Positions 1-10,070 of a DNA stretch of 64,000 nucleotides are shown here, in pieces. Each line of letters begins with the position of its first letter. Position 1 is the first letter of the stretch. The notes beneath the pieces are model-generated. The model saw only the letters and a program-made list of their open reading frames with translations. It searched no databases and had not been told where the DNA came from. Location: NCBI GenBank assembly GCA_965261395.1, contig OZ253462.1, positions 2,976,001 to 3,040,000 on the forward strand, in the 5' to 3' direction. The DNA is from Candidatus Latescibacterota bacterium. GTDB lineage: Bacteria; Latescibacterota; UBA2968; UBA8231. The translations under genes and the position numbers were made by a program.

Positions 1-2633
1 ACCACGGCTATCAATATTTCGCGTTCCCACTCCGGCCAGTCGCTTTTGGCCTGCTCTTGAAGGGCTTGGTCCTCGGGCGATGGCGAGGCTCCAGCGAGAA
101 AATTCTCCCGTACCCGGATTTCAGACAAGGCCCAAGCCCTGTTGGGATCGTCGTCGGGTACCGTGCACCAAGGAATAAGACGATCTTCCTCTATACGAGC
201 CAAACGCAACATAACGGTCGGCTCTCCCAGCCGAGTGCCAATATCTTCTGTGCCGCTCAATTCCGTCGGCAGGCTACCGTAGCCCTCTTCTAGGCTGACG
301 ACGTTAAATCGGCCCAGCGAGCGACTGCCCATTTCCTTCCCTTCGTCTTCGATTTGCTTTTCTTCAAGGGCTGGCGGCACATCCCCATTGGCGTAAACGT
401 ATTCAATCAACGGGCGAAAACTTTCCGGCGTGTCAATACATCCAGCGTCGGACAGGGCCTTCGCGCTGCGCCACATCACGCCGGCATTTTGATAGACAAA
501 CGCTGCCTTGCCGAGTGCCGGCTCAAGCCAGTTTTGGTCTTCTACCTGATCCGGGTCCGGCGAGACTATGAGGGTATGCGGACTCTCTACAGGGCGGCTT
601 TCCGGTGGACGCTTGTCCAAATGACGCCACATCCGACCAGCGCGCTGGATGATAAGATCCACTGGCGCGAGGTCCGAAATGACGAGATCAAAGTCGAGGT
701 CGAGGCTTTGCTCAACCACCTGCGTGGCTACAAGGATATGGCCGGCCCGGCCTGTCGCTTTGGCGTCGCGCCCGAATCGGCGCAATACATCATTTTCTAT
801 GACCTGCCTATCGCTTTGGGCAAACCGAGCGTGGAAGAGGTGAATGTGATCTGGGTTGTCCATTTGGCCCACAAGCGATTCATATACAGCGATGGCCTCA
901 TCTACTGCGTTGCAGATGACCAGCACGGCCGCTTCCTCTTTTGCTGCGGAGAGAGCTCGTGTCTCGGCGGTTATTCGGTCGGGCAGGCGTTCTACCGTTA
1001 CGCTACGACGCAACGCAGAATCGAATCCCGACTCGCATTCCTGTACTCCGCCGATTGTGGCCGAGGTGAGCAGCGGGTACGCCTCACTGCATAGTTGATC
1101 GCTCAGATCTTCTGGGTCGCGCAAGCCGAGACCCTTGGCAAACGCCTCTGCCATATCGCGACGTTGCTGCAGAGATAAGGTCGCAGAGAGCACTATGGCG
1201 GAGCCGCCGTTTTGGGCGTGAAGTTCCAGCAGCGCGGAAAGTTCCTCGCCCATATAGGCATCAAAGCAATGGGCTTCATCAACTATGAGGATGCGGCCAG
1301 CCAGCCCGTATTGACGCAAGGTTAGATGTCTTTTAGGGAGGATCGAGAGAAAGGCTTGGTCAATGGTCCCCGCTCCGACATCTGCGTAAAAGGCTTTTCT
1401 TCGGTCGTCTGCAATCCATTGGGCGCAAAAGGCGGATGCGGTTTCATCCTCGCTGCCATTGGCCATGTCAGTGGAGTTGACGATGGCGCGGAACGCCTCG
1501 GACAGGTTCGACCTGCCGTGTGCCAAGACGAGTGAGAGGTCTTCGGAGGCTGAAGTTTCAAACAGCTTCTGGTAAGTCACCGCCAGCCGCTCGTACATAG
1601 CGTTGGCCGTTGCCATAGTCGGCAGCGCAAAGTACAGACCCTCGCCTTTGCCCGCCGCCATCATCCGGGCTGCGAGCATGATGGCCGCTTCTGTTTTACC
1701 GGCCCCTGTGGTGTCTTCTAAGATGAACAACTGCGCTCCGTCCTTGAGCGGTGCTTCTTCCGCCAGTTTCTGCATGGGTCTTGGATGAGGGGCAGCTTGT
1801 GGAGCAAAACTAGCATAACTCGGACGGGACTCCGGGGACTGGGCCAGTAACCCCTTTCCCACTAGGGCTTTTTCGGCCTGAGTAAGCGCCCACTCCCAAT
1901 AGTCCTCCAGCCTCGTATCGACCGATTCAAAAGAGAAGTAATCGGAGTCTGAACCGACCCAGTCGGCCAGTGTGACAAGCCCTGACAAGCGCCAAGACCA
2001 CTGCGCCGTCTGCTTCTGCTTTTCGAGAGACGATAGAGGCAGAGGCTCTATCAGGTTCCGGAGCATACAAAAGGCAGTATGAGCCGCGTCCACGCATTCC
2101 TCACCAAGCTGCTGGTCGCGCCGAGCTTTGCCTGGATCGGCATTTACTTCATCCTGTCCCTCGGGTGGTCGTCCATGGTGCCCCGCAATGGCAGCAATGA
2201 TCGGTGCTATATCATAAGGGATGCTAGGGAATAAGCTGGCGAACTCTTGGGATATTGGCTCGGCCCTGAGAAGGATAGCCGTGTTGCGCCAATGACCACG
2301 GTCGGCGATTTCTCTCTTCGGGCCAAGGACCTGCTCTGGCCACAATTGGGGTACCTTCGCCTGAAAGCTGCGTGAAAATTTGCCAAGATCGTGTATGCCA
2401 GCCAGAAAAGCAGTGATCTTGGATAAGCACTCTGGACTCGCTTTCAACAAAGCGGCCTCGCGCTCAAGACGGGCAGGATTCAATTGCTGCCATCGCAGGG
2501 CGACAGCAGCGACATCCATCAAATGATGTAAGACAGGCTTATAGCTACGTGTATCATTGAATACAGTTTCCGAGGAATTGCCAGCACTACGAAGCGTCTT
2601 GCCCCAAAATTCCAAGAGGCGGGCGGCTTCCAT
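1..2633 (-). CDS. cas3: CRISPR-associated HD nuclease-helicase Cas3 (type I-E-like), 3' end beyond window
   Basis: Hand translation from ATG at 2633 gives MEAARLLEFWGK...HHLMDVAAVA, HDLGKFS, GHHG, LADWVGS, Walker A TTGAGKT, DEAH and ATQVVEQSLDLDFD...QRAGRMWRH. Walker A and DEAH were checked as in frame. Absent from the ORF track because the frame is open to the window edge. Confidence 0.96.
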   Translation of the reverse strand, partial: MEAARLLEFWGKTLRSAGNSSETVFNDTRSYKPVLHHLMDVAAVALRWQQLNPARLEREAALLKASPECLSKITAFLAGIHDLGKFSRSFQAKVPQLWPEQVLGPKREIADRGHWRNTAILLRAEPISQEFASLFPSIPYDIAPIIAAIAGHHGRPPEGQDEVNADPGKARRDQQLGEECVDAAHTAFCMLRNLIEPLPLSSLEKQKQTAQWSWRLSGLVTLADWVGSDSDYFSFESVDTRLEDYWEWALTQAEKALVGKGLLAQSPESRPSYASFAPQAAPHPRPMQKLAEEAPLKDGAQLFILEDTTGAGKTEAAIMLAARMMAAGKGEGLYFALPTMATANAMYERLAVTYQKLFETSASEDLSLVLAHGRSNLSEAFRAIVNSTDMANGSEDETASAFCAQWIADDRRKAFYADVGAGTIDQAFLSILPKRHLTLRQYGLAGRILIVDEAHCFDAYMGEELSALLELHAQNGGSAIVLSATLSLQQRRDMAEAFAKGLGLRDPEDLSDQLCSEAYPLLTSATIGGVQECESGFDSALRRSVTVERLPDRITAETRALSAAKEEAAVLVICNAVDEAIAVYESLVGQMDNPDHIHLFHARFAQSDRQVIENDVLRRFGRDAKATGRAGHILVATQVVEQSLDLDFDLVISDLAPVDLIIQRAGRMWRHLDKRPPESRPVESPHTLIVSPDPDQVEDQNWLEPALGKAAFVYQNAGVMWRSAKALSDAGCIDTPESFRPLIEYVYANGDVPPALEEKQIEDEGKEMGSRSLGRFNVVSLEEGYGSLPTELSGTEDIGTRLGEPTVMLRLARIEEDRLIPWCTVPDDDPNRAWALSEIRVRENFLAGASPSPEDQALQEQAKSDWPEWEREILIAV

Positions 2634-2634
2634 C

Positions 2635-3402
2635 TCAGCGGCCCATCCACCCGCCATCGACGATTGCGATGGTCCCATGGACGTAGTCGGCTGCTCGCGA
2701 CGACAGCCACACCACCGCGCCTTTTAAGTCGTCCGGCGTGCCCCACCGGCCCGCTGGAATCCTCACCAGTAGTTGCTCGTTGCGCACGGGGTCGTCGCGC
2801 AGGGCCTGATTGTTGTCGGTGGCGATATAGCCGGGGGCAATGGCATTGACGTTGACCCCGCGACCGGCCCATTCGTTGGCCAGCGCCATCGTCAACTGCC
2901 CGATCCCGCCCTTGGCCGCGGCATAGCCCGGCACTGTGATCCCGCCTTGGAAGGTCAGCACCGAAGCGGTAAAGACGATCTTGCCCCGGCCGCGGGAGAG
3001 CATCTGCTTGCCGAATTCCCGCGCCAGCACGAACTGCGCGTTTAAGTTGACCTCGATGACGTGATCCCAGTCTTCGTCTCCATGTTCCTCAGCCGGGGCG
3101 CGCCGAATGGTACCGGCATTGTTGATGAGGATGTCGATTGGGCCGACCTCGGTGTTGACCTGCTCGACGAAGGCGCGGACCGCTGCCCGGTCGCTGAAAT
3201 CGCAAGCGTATCCTTTGAAGCGCTTGCCGCGCTTGGCAATGTCTTTGCCGACCTCGGAGTCTACTTCCAGCGAGGCGCTGACGCCGACGATATCTGCGCC
3301 CGCCTCGGCCAATGCTTGCGCGAACCCGCGTCCGATGCCTCGACGGCATCCGGTGACCAGCGCCGTTTGGCCGTCGAGCTTAAAGAGATCCAAAATCCCC
3401 AT
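2635..3402 (-). CDS. kduD: 2-dehydro-3-deoxy-D-gluconate 5-dehydrogenase-like SDR
   Basis: TGxxxGIG, NNAG, YAAAK and GGITVPGY motifs typical of KduD. Confidence 0.85.
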   Translation of the reverse strand: MGILDLFKLDGQTALVTGCRRGIGRGFAQALAEAGADIVGVSASLEVDSEVGKDIAKRGKRFKGYACDFSDRAAVRAFVEQVNTEVGPIDILINNAGTIRRAPAEEHGDEDWDHVIEVNLNAQFVLAREFGKQMLSRGRGKIVFTASVLTFQGGITVPGYAAAKGGIGQLTMALANEWAGRGVNVNAIAPGYIATDNNQALRDDPVRNEQLLVRIPAGRWGTPDDLKGAVVWLSSRAADYVHGTIAIVDGGWMGR

Positions 3403-3403
3403 G

Positions 3404-3778
3404 CTATTCTCCTTGGTTCTGTCCTTGAAGAACGGTCAATGCATCCCACGTCGCCGGAAATCCGCCGAAAGCGCTCATCTGCAACATGACCTCCTCAATC
3501 TCCGTCCTTGTGGCTCCACAACCAAGGGCTCGGTCGATGTGAACAGCAAGCTGTTCCGGCCTGCCGAGAACCGTCAAGGCCGCGATCGTACACAGCAGAC
3601 GGGTCTTGATGTCCAGCCCGTCCCGTCCGTACAGGTCATGCATCACGTGCTCCATCACGAGTCGCTCGAACTCGGGATGAAGTGTGCGCATCTTCTTGGC
3701 AGCGGCCTCTGCAGCGGCCTCTCCGAGCATCGTCGAGAGAACTCTGCGCCCTGCTTCGTAGCGTTGACTTTCAGTCAT
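3404..3778 (-). CDS. carboxymuconolactone decarboxylase family protein
   Basis: 124 aa; R.GLD.KTR.L.TIAAL...HI..AL..G.T..EI.E pattern, GFP motif. Confidence 0.85.
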   Translation of the reverse strand: MTESQRYEAGRRVLSTMLGEAAAEAAAKKMRTLHPEFERLVMEHVMHDLYGRDGLDIKTRLLCTIAALTVLGRPEQLAVHIDRALGCGATRTEIEEVMLQMSAFGGFPATWDALTVLQGQNQGE

Positions 3779-4805
3779 ACATCCTCCCCCCTTGGGTGTC
3801 GATTAAAATTTTGACCGCGTCGGTGCCCGCAGTCAGCCGGGCAAAGGCGTCGGGCAGTGCGTCTAGGGGAAGGTGCTCGGTAATCAGCTCGTTGAGCGGC
3901 AGCGCGCCGCTGGCCGCTAGCTCGATGGCGCGGTCGTAGTCTTCGGGTTCGTACACGCGCACGCCGCACATTTTTAACTCGCGCCAGAAGAACTGAAAGA
4001 GATCGACTTTAGGCGCGTCAGTGAAGATCGCCACTACCACAATCCGCCCTCGGACCTTGGCGAGTTTAGTCATCACCTCGGCTCCGGCCGGCGAGCCAGA
4101 GACCTCGAAGACTGCGTCGGCCCCGCCGCCTCCGGTCCAAGCTTCGATGTGGGCGACCAAGTCCTCCTCCAGTGGGTGGACGGTTTCCAGCCCCAGCGCA
4201 TGCGCTGCCTTCAGCCGATAGGCATTGACCTCGGCCACCCGCACCTCGGCTCCCGCGTGCTGCGCCACCAGCGCATTGAGCAGGCCGATCGGGCCGCCGC
4301 CGATTACCACCACTCTCTCGCCCGGTGCCACCCCGCCCAAGCGCACGTCGTGGCAGGCGACTGCCAGCGGCTCGACTAGGGCACCCAGTGTCAGGGACAT
4401 GTCGTCCGGCAGGCGATGCAGTGTATGGGCCGGCACCGTCCACGACCCCTGAAAGGCCCCCGGACTGTCGATGCCGATGAAGTTTAGGTTCTGGCAGATA
4501 TGGCCATTGCCGGCGTTGCAGGCCGGGCACGCGCCGCAAGCCTCTAAGGGACGCACTACGACCGGATCGCCCACGGCCCAGCCTTCGACATCGGCCCCGA
4601 CTTCCGCGATCCGCCCCGACATCTCGTGCCCAATGACTTGGGGCATGTCGATCCGGCGGTCCTGATGGCCCAGGTAAATGTGAATATCCGTGCCGCACAC
4701 CCCGCAATAGGCCACTTCGATTCGCACCTGACCCGCGCTAGGGGATTGCACTCGACACTCGCCGATTTCGACCGTGCGGTCGCCGCAGTAGTAGGCCGCC
4801 TTCAT
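3771..4805 (-). CDS. Zn-dependent alcohol/sugar-acid dehydrogenase (MDR family)
   Basis: CGTD, GHE, CxxCxxC...C, GGGPIG; start moved to MKAAYYC, which overlaps the upstream stop. Confidence 0.9.
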   Translation of the reverse strand: MKAAYYCGDRTVEIGECRVQSPSAGQVRIEVAYCGVCGTDIHIYLGHQDRRIDMPQVIGHEMSGRIAEVGADVEGWAVGDPVVVRPLEACGACPACNAGNGHICQNLNFIGIDSPGAFQGSWTVPAHTLHRLPDDMSLTLGALVEPLAVACHDVRLGGVAPGERVVVIGGGPIGLLNALVAQHAGAEVRVAEVNAYRLKAAHALGLETVHPLEEDLVAHIEAWTGGGGADAVFEVSGSPAGAEVMTKLAKVRGRIVVVAIFTDAPKVDLFQFFWRELKMCGVRVYEPEDYDRAIELAASGALPLNELITEHLPLDALPDAFARLTAGTDAVKILIDTQGGRMYD

Positions 4806-6700
4806 CGCAGGTGCCAGTCTGCGTCTTCGAGTGCCTCGTAGACCACGCCGCCCTCCACCTGCTTGGGCATGGGGATGCCCAGCAAATAGCACAGCGTCGG
4901 CGCGACATCCACCGCCCGCACCTGCCGCCTGAGTGCCAGCCCTTGCTTTACGCCGGCACCGGCTAGCACGAACGTGCAGTGCTGCCCACCGATACCGAGG
5001 GTGGCCGAGGGTAGCTGCTTGCCGTGTGCTCCGTCGTATTCGGGCCGCAGCGCATAGACCACGTCGCCGACAAGTTCGCCCGACAGATTGACCATTTCCG
5101 CGTCTTCCCTGGTCAGCGCGAGGGCAAAAGGACAGCGCTCGGTCTGCGGATGGCTATAGGCGTGGAGGGCTTCGATGAGGTCGAGCCGCGTCTGCTCGTA
5201 GTCGCTGGGCTCGACGATCCCCGTAGGCTCGCGTCCCTTGAGATTGATGAAGATGTGTACCAGCCCCACATTGGCCGCCAGCGTTCGCTGCCAGTCGATT
5301 TGTTTTTTCTCTGCGTCTGCATAGACCAAAAAGCCCGCCTGTTCCAGCACCTCGGCGATATCGACCGGTCGGTGCTGGTTGGGGGTGCCGCCGTGGTCGG
5401 AGACGACCACGACGACCGTGTCGTCGTCGGCCAGCGCGGCGATGCGGCCGATCATGCGATCTATGGAGGCGTAGGTCTCGGCCACGCCCGCTTGGCAGCG
5501 CGCAAGGGTGTGCGGGTCGGCTCCGCTGCACTCGTCGGCCTGCGAGAGGAAGAAGTGGCTGGTGTAATCCGAGGCGTGGGTTTCGATGAACAGCACGTCC
5601 CAGTCGTTGCTCTCCGTCAGGTAGTCAGCCACATCGGCCAACCGCTGGTGGTGGAAGTCCAATAGCTCGAAATAGGTCGCGTCATCGACTACGCCCAAAG
5701 CGTCGCGCCCTGGATTCTGCAGGAAATTGCCGACGTGTTCGTCGATCTGCTGCGCCACTTCCTCCGGCTGGGTGTAGCCGGTCGCTGGCCAGACCTGCGG
5801 CACAAAAAGCTCAAAGACATCGCCTGCTGCGCTCAGACTGACGAGTTTCATGCGCACGTAGCCTGCCAGTGCTTGGCCATCGATTTCAAAGCCGTCCTTC
5901 CACCACTCGGTCCACTGGCCCACGGCCAGCTCGGCGACCCGATCATTCGCATCGCGGCTGCGGCAAACGAGCAGCCGGTCGTAGCCGTTGTCGGCCGAGG
6001 CGTATATCAGGCCGTAGAAATGCTTAGGCGGCCCCCCTCGGCCTGGGTGCATATCCGATCGCCCGCGCTTGAGCGGTTCGATGACTAGCTCCACTTCTTT
6101 TGGCGGTAGCGCGGATGCGGGCGCATCTTGCCACCCTTCCGCCGGGACGATCTCCACCGGATCGACGCTGCGCACCTTTTGCAGGGCGCTCGGGTCCAAA
6201 GTCTCAGGATCGCGCGGCCCGCCGATCGGCCGGGGCGTCCAGCCGCCGCCGACAAAGAGATGGTAGCCGGTGATCTGATGGACATTGGACACGCCCGGGC
6301 CGGTGCCCTCGACTTGGATGCCGGTCTCCACAGTCGGCGGCCACGACATCTCCCACTTGACCAAGATCGGCTTTTTGCCAACTCGCTCGAAGGTGTTCCA
6401 CAAGTACTCGGCCTGCGAGAGCTGGGTGTTGATCCCCCACACGGTCTCGTCGAGACGCCCACCTAACTTGCGGATATTAAAGTCCATGACCTGATGGGTT
6501 CCCGGCCAAGCCCCGGTCGAAGTCGCCGTCCAGCCGGGTGGCGTCAGGGTTGGAAAGACGCCGATCATGGGTCGTTTGACGCCCTGCGCCATGAGTTGAC
6601 CCAAGTGGGGCATGTGACCTTGATCCACCATGTGTTGCACCAACTCCATGGCGGCTCCGTCCATGCCGATGACGATGGCTTTTTGTGCCGGACTCTGCAT
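4802..6700 (-). CDS. alkaline phosphatase superfamily, nucleotide pyrophosphatase/phosphodiesterase-like
   Basis: IGMDG, PTLTPPGWT, SDHG, VDVAPT motifs. Confidence 0.8.
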   Translation of the reverse strand: MQSPAQKAIVIGMDGAAMELVQHMVDQGHMPHLGQLMAQGVKRPMIGVFPTLTPPGWTATSTGAWPGTHQVMDFNIRKLGGRLDETVWGINTQLSQAEYLWNTFERVGKKPILVKWEMSWPPTVETGIQVEGTGPGVSNVHQITGYHLFVGGGWTPRPIGGPRDPETLDPSALQKVRSVDPVEIVPAEGWQDAPASALPPKEVELVIEPLKRGRSDMHPGRGGPPKHFYGLIYASADNGYDRLLVCRSRDANDRVAELAVGQWTEWWKDGFEIDGQALAGYVRMKLVSLSAAGDVFELFVPQVWPATGYTQPEEVAQQIDEHVGNFLQNPGRDALGVVDDATYFELLDFHHQRLADVADYLTESNDWDVLFIETHASDYTSHFFLSQADECSGADPHTLARCQAGVAETYASIDRMIGRIAALADDDTVVVVVSDHGGTPNQHRPVDIAEVLEQAGFLVYADAEKKQIDWQRTLAANVGLVHIFINLKGREPTGIVEPSDYEQTRLDLIEALHAYSHPQTERCPFALALTREDAEMVNLSGELVGDVVYALRPEYDGAHGKQLPSATLGIGGQHCTFVLAGAGVKQGLALRRQVRAVDVAPTLCYLLGIPMPKQVEGGVVYEALEDADWHLR

Positions 6701-6714
6701 AGTGTTCTCCTGTG

Positions 6715-8190
6715 TTAGATTCCCAAGCGTTCGTACTGCTCCGGTGGAGCTTCACACTCTTCCATGACCCCGCGCAACAATTGCTGCATCCGCTGCTCCA
6801 ACGCCGCGTCGGCGAGCGGGGCCTCCTGTCGTGGGTCTTGCTCTAGGTCAAAGAGCAGGGTCCCGTACTCGTGCTGTTTGCTCCGCGTATGTCCTTGCGT
6901 CCGCAGCAGTCGGCAGCCCTTGCTAAAACCAAACGGCTCGGCTAGCTCCACGCCGGCAAATTCATCGACTGAGAATAGGTCGCGCATGTGCGAGGGCATG
7001 AGCGTGTAGTTGTACAGGGGCTGGTTGTCGGGCCGGGTGGGCGCGCGCATGTACACGTAGCGGCCATCGGTGACGTTGACCTGCCCGCCGTGGTTGCCGA
7101 AAATCGCGGCCTCGCGCACGGGTGAGTCGCTCGCGCAAACGTCGCGCAGGCTCTGGCCGAGCATGTCCGCGGTCGGCTCCACCCCAAAGAGGTCCAGCAA
7201 GGTCGGTCCTAGGTCGATCGACGGTTGCACCAAGCTCTGCCGCCGCTGGCCGGCTTGGCCGCAGCGAGGATCCCAGACGAAGAACGGCGTGTTGGACAGC
7301 TCGCGGTACCAAGGCATTTGTATCTTGGCCCACAGGTCGTGCTCGCTGAGCAGGAAGCCGTGGTCGGTCCACACGATGAGCATGGTGTCGTCCCACAGCG
7401 CGAGGCGGTCCATTTCGTCGAGGATGTCGCCGAGACGGGCGTCGCACATGCTCAGCAGCGATGCGTAGTGGCCCCGGCATTGATCGACGAGTGATTGTTC
7501 TTCGGTTACTTGGCCGTAGGTCGGCCAGTCGAACAGCAGGGACGAGCGATTTTTAAAAAGCTCTGGGTAGAGGTCTTGGTATTGACGCTGGGTGAAAAAT
7601 GGCTCGTGCGGATCAAAGGTCTCGATCTGCAAAAACCAGTCGTCTTCCGCGTGGTTGCGGCGGATGAACTCGACGCCGGCCTTGAAGGTCTGGGTTTGGG
7701 GCTGGTCCTCCTCGCGGCGCATGTATTGCCGATTGACGCGGTCTTGGCGATGCCACATGCTGCGGCCTGCATTGCTCGCGTGCGCCTCTACGGGCGGTGG
7801 GTCGGCCACCTGCCCGATCCACGGATCGCCCTCTTGGCCGCGGAAAAACTGCCAAGTGCTGTACTGGGTGTGGTAGGTGGCTCCGCCGGCCTCCCAATAG
7901 TGGTAGTGGTCGCTGATGAGGTGCGACGAAACCCCGGCGTCGCGCAGCATCCTCGGCGTGGAGTCGTCGAAAGGCTCCAGCGGCCCCCAGGAGCGGTGGA
8001 GAAAGTTGGGTCGCCCGGTGTGCAAATCGCGGCGAGCCGGCATGCACGGCATGGAGCAGACGTAGCTGGTATCGAATGTCAGCGTCCGCTCGGCGAGCCG
8101 CTGGAAATTGGGCGCGTGCGTCCAATCGCAGCCGTAGGGCGGCAACATGTGCCGGTTGAGCGAGTCGAACATGACCATAATTACCTTCAT
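6715..8190 (-). CDS. sulfatase
   Basis: CMPAR (CxPxR) signature, DPHEP, TDHG. Confidence 0.9.
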   Translation of the reverse strand: MKVIMVMFDSLNRHMLPPYGCDWTHAPNFQRLAERTLTFDTSYVCSMPCMPARRDLHTGRPNFLHRSWGPLEPFDDSTPRMLRDAGVSSHLISDHYHYWEAGGATYHTQYSTWQFFRGQEGDPWIGQVADPPPVEAHASNAGRSMWHRQDRVNRQYMRREEDQPQTQTFKAGVEFIRRNHAEDDWFLQIETFDPHEPFFTQRQYQDLYPELFKNRSSLLFDWPTYGQVTEEQSLVDQCRGHYASLLSMCDARLGDILDEMDRLALWDDTMLIVWTDHGFLLSEHDLWAKIQMPWYRELSNTPFFVWDPRCGQAGQRRQSLVQPSIDLGPTLLDLFGVEPTADMLGQSLRDVCASDSPVREAAIFGNHGGQVNVTDGRYVYMRAPTRPDNQPLYNYTLMPSHMRDLFSVDEFAGVELAEPFGFSKGCRLLRTQGHTRSKQHEYGTLLFDLEQDPRQEAPLADAALEQRMQQLLRGVMEECEAPPEQYERLGI

Positions 8191-9233
8191 ACATTCACCT
8201 CGTGTAGGAGTTGGAGAGCCTGCTGCCCGCGCTCGGACTCAGGATCGCGCCGCGCAATGCGCCGCAATTGGTACAAGGCCCGCTGGTCGCCGTCGCGCGC
8301 TAGGGACAGGGCCTCGGCAAACCCTTGATCTCCCCAGCGGGACAACTGCGGCACTACCTCTAGGTCTAGATCCTGCCAATAGTATTGCAATGCTTTGCTT
8401 TGCCAGCCCGCGTAGCAGGTTTCCCAGTTAAAGTCGGTGACGCCAGTCAGGTGCGGCTCCAGCATGTGCCGCGCAATCGGCTCGCCTTGTGCCTGATAGC
8501 GGTTGTCGAGCGAAATGCGCAGGCGATCTTCGGTGTAGTTGGGCAGGGCTTGGTGGACGGTCAGGCTCGGAAAGATCAGCGCGTCCCCCGCTTCGTAATT
8601 CGCGCTGAGCCAGTGCCCGGCCAGTTCGGATTCGTCCACGGCTAAGCCGCCGGCCCCCAACGAGAAGTGGTGCTCCCGCACCTTGCCGATTTTGTGCGAC
8701 CCTGGCAGCACCGCCAACCCCCCCAACTCCAGCGGACAATCGCCCACGGGTGCCCAGAAGGTGTAGGTGTTGAAACTGCCTTGGAAGTGGACGAAGTCTT
8801 GGTGCATGGGCGTGGTGTGCTCGGTGTATTGGGGAAACCACAGCCGGGCGATCTTTTGGGGATGCGGCAGCACCGGGCCACCGACGACTTGCTCCATCAC
8901 GGCTAAGACCTCCGGCCAATGACCGGCCTGGTGAAAGGCCTCCAAGCGGTACACTTGGTGATACACCTCGGCGTATTCGGGGTCGCCTTCGGTACACTGC
9001 GCGCTGATCTGCGCAATACCTTCCATGGGATCCGTGCCGGCGACCAACCACCCGGCCTCCATCAACACTTCCGTCATCTCTTGCCGCAGGGATAGCAGCT
9101 TGTCTTTGGCCATGATCTGCCGCAAAAAGATGTACCCTTGTTCGTCCAAGCGCCGCCGCAGCTCGGCGCTGTCTCCGAGAGCATCGTTGGCTTCTTGCAG
9201 CAGGCCGACTGCACTCGCGTCTTTTGCTGTCAT
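8187..9233 (-). CDS. phytanoyl-CoA dioxygenase (PhyH) family 2OG/Fe dioxygenase
   Basis: HQD, GGLAVLPGSH, H..A..N...R.S.D.RY; start placed at MTAKDAS. Confidence 0.85.
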   Translation of the reverse strand: MTAKDASAVGLLQEANDALGDSAELRRRLDEQGYIFLRQIMAKDKLLSLRQEMTEVLMEAGWLVAGTDPMEGIAQISAQCTEGDPEYAEVYHQVYRLEAFHQAGHWPEVLAVMEQVVGGPVLPHPQKIARLWFPQYTEHTTPMHQDFVHFQGSFNTYTFWAPVGDCPLELGGLAVLPGSHKIGKVREHHFSLGAGGLAVDESELAGHWLSANYEAGDALIFPSLTVHQALPNYTEDRLRISLDNRYQAQGEPIARHMLEPHLTGVTDFNWETCYAGWQSKALQYYWQDLDLEVVPQLSRWGDQGFAEALSLARDGDQRALYQLRRIARRDPESERGQQALQLLHEVNV

Positions 9234-9255
9234 CAGGCTCGTCCTTGGTGCGGGG

Positions 9256-10068
9256 TTAGCTGGCCGCTGCCTCCATTTCGTTGTCCCGAAATCCGGCCAC
9301 GACGATGTTGTTGTTGCGCTCCAGCACGTTGTCTTGGTCGATGCGATGCGGGTTGTCCTCAGCGCGTCCCACCGGCCGTAGCTCCGTGCTGTGATAGCCA
9401 AAGCGCACGGATTTGCGCCAAGAGTCCGTGCGGTTGCAATCCGACCAGTGGATCGTCTGGTAGCTGAAGAAGATCATGTCGCCGCGCTGCGCTGGCACGG
9501 CGACGCTGTCGAGGTGGTCGGGATGGAATCGCTCCGGCGGCAGATGCGGGGCTGTATCCGGCCCTAGCACGTGCTCTAGCGGCCCCTGCTTGTGGCTGCC
9601 CGGCACGACCATCAGCGCACCGCTCTCCAGCGGCGTGTCGTCTAGGTGCAGCAAGCAGTCGACGAAATCCGGGCCGTCGTGCGGGTAGAACGGATAGTCT
9701 TGGTGCATGGGGAAGGGCGTGCCTTTCTCCGGCGGCTTGGCGTGCAGGACTGTGTGATGCCACTGCACTGGACCGTCGATGAGCTGCCGCACGCAGGTGA
9801 TCATCGCCTCGTGGAAGAGGACGCGGCCCCAAGCGGCCGAGTAAAAGTGCGGGTTGTGCATGAAGACCGCCCGCGTGTTGAGCCGGTCTTCTTCGTCGAG
9901 GTAGCGATCGCGCCAGGGGCCGACCCAGCCGATAGACTCCTGTCCCCATTGTTCGATCACTCGCACCATCTCCGAGGCCAGCTCTGCGGTTTCCTCGGGT
10001 GTGAAGAGTTGGGGGATCTTGAGATAGCCTTTTTCGCGATATTGCGTCACCTGTTCATTACTCAGCAT
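9256..10068 (-). CDS. PhyH family 2OG/Fe dioxygenase
   Basis: KPP...PMHQD, GALMVVPGSH, IHWS..N. Confidence 0.88.
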   Translation of the reverse strand: MLSNEQVTQYREKGYLKIPQLFTPEETAELASEMVRVIEQWGQESIGWVGPWRDRYLDEEDRLNTRAVFMHNPHFYSAAWGRVLFHEAMITCVRQLIDGPVQWHHTVLHAKPPEKGTPFPMHQDYPFYPHDGPDFVDCLLHLDDTPLESGALMVVPGSHKQGPLEHVLGPDTAPHLPPERFHPDHLDSVAVPAQRGDMIFFSYQTIHWSDCNRTDSWRKSVRFGYHSTELRPVGRAEDNPHRIDQDNVLERNNNIVVAGFRDNEMEAAAS

Positions 10069-10070
10069 GT

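Noticed and set aside
354-1094. 246-aa plus-strand ORF and other short ORFs in 1-2600
   Set aside because: Antisense shadows of cas3, which occupies the minus strand.
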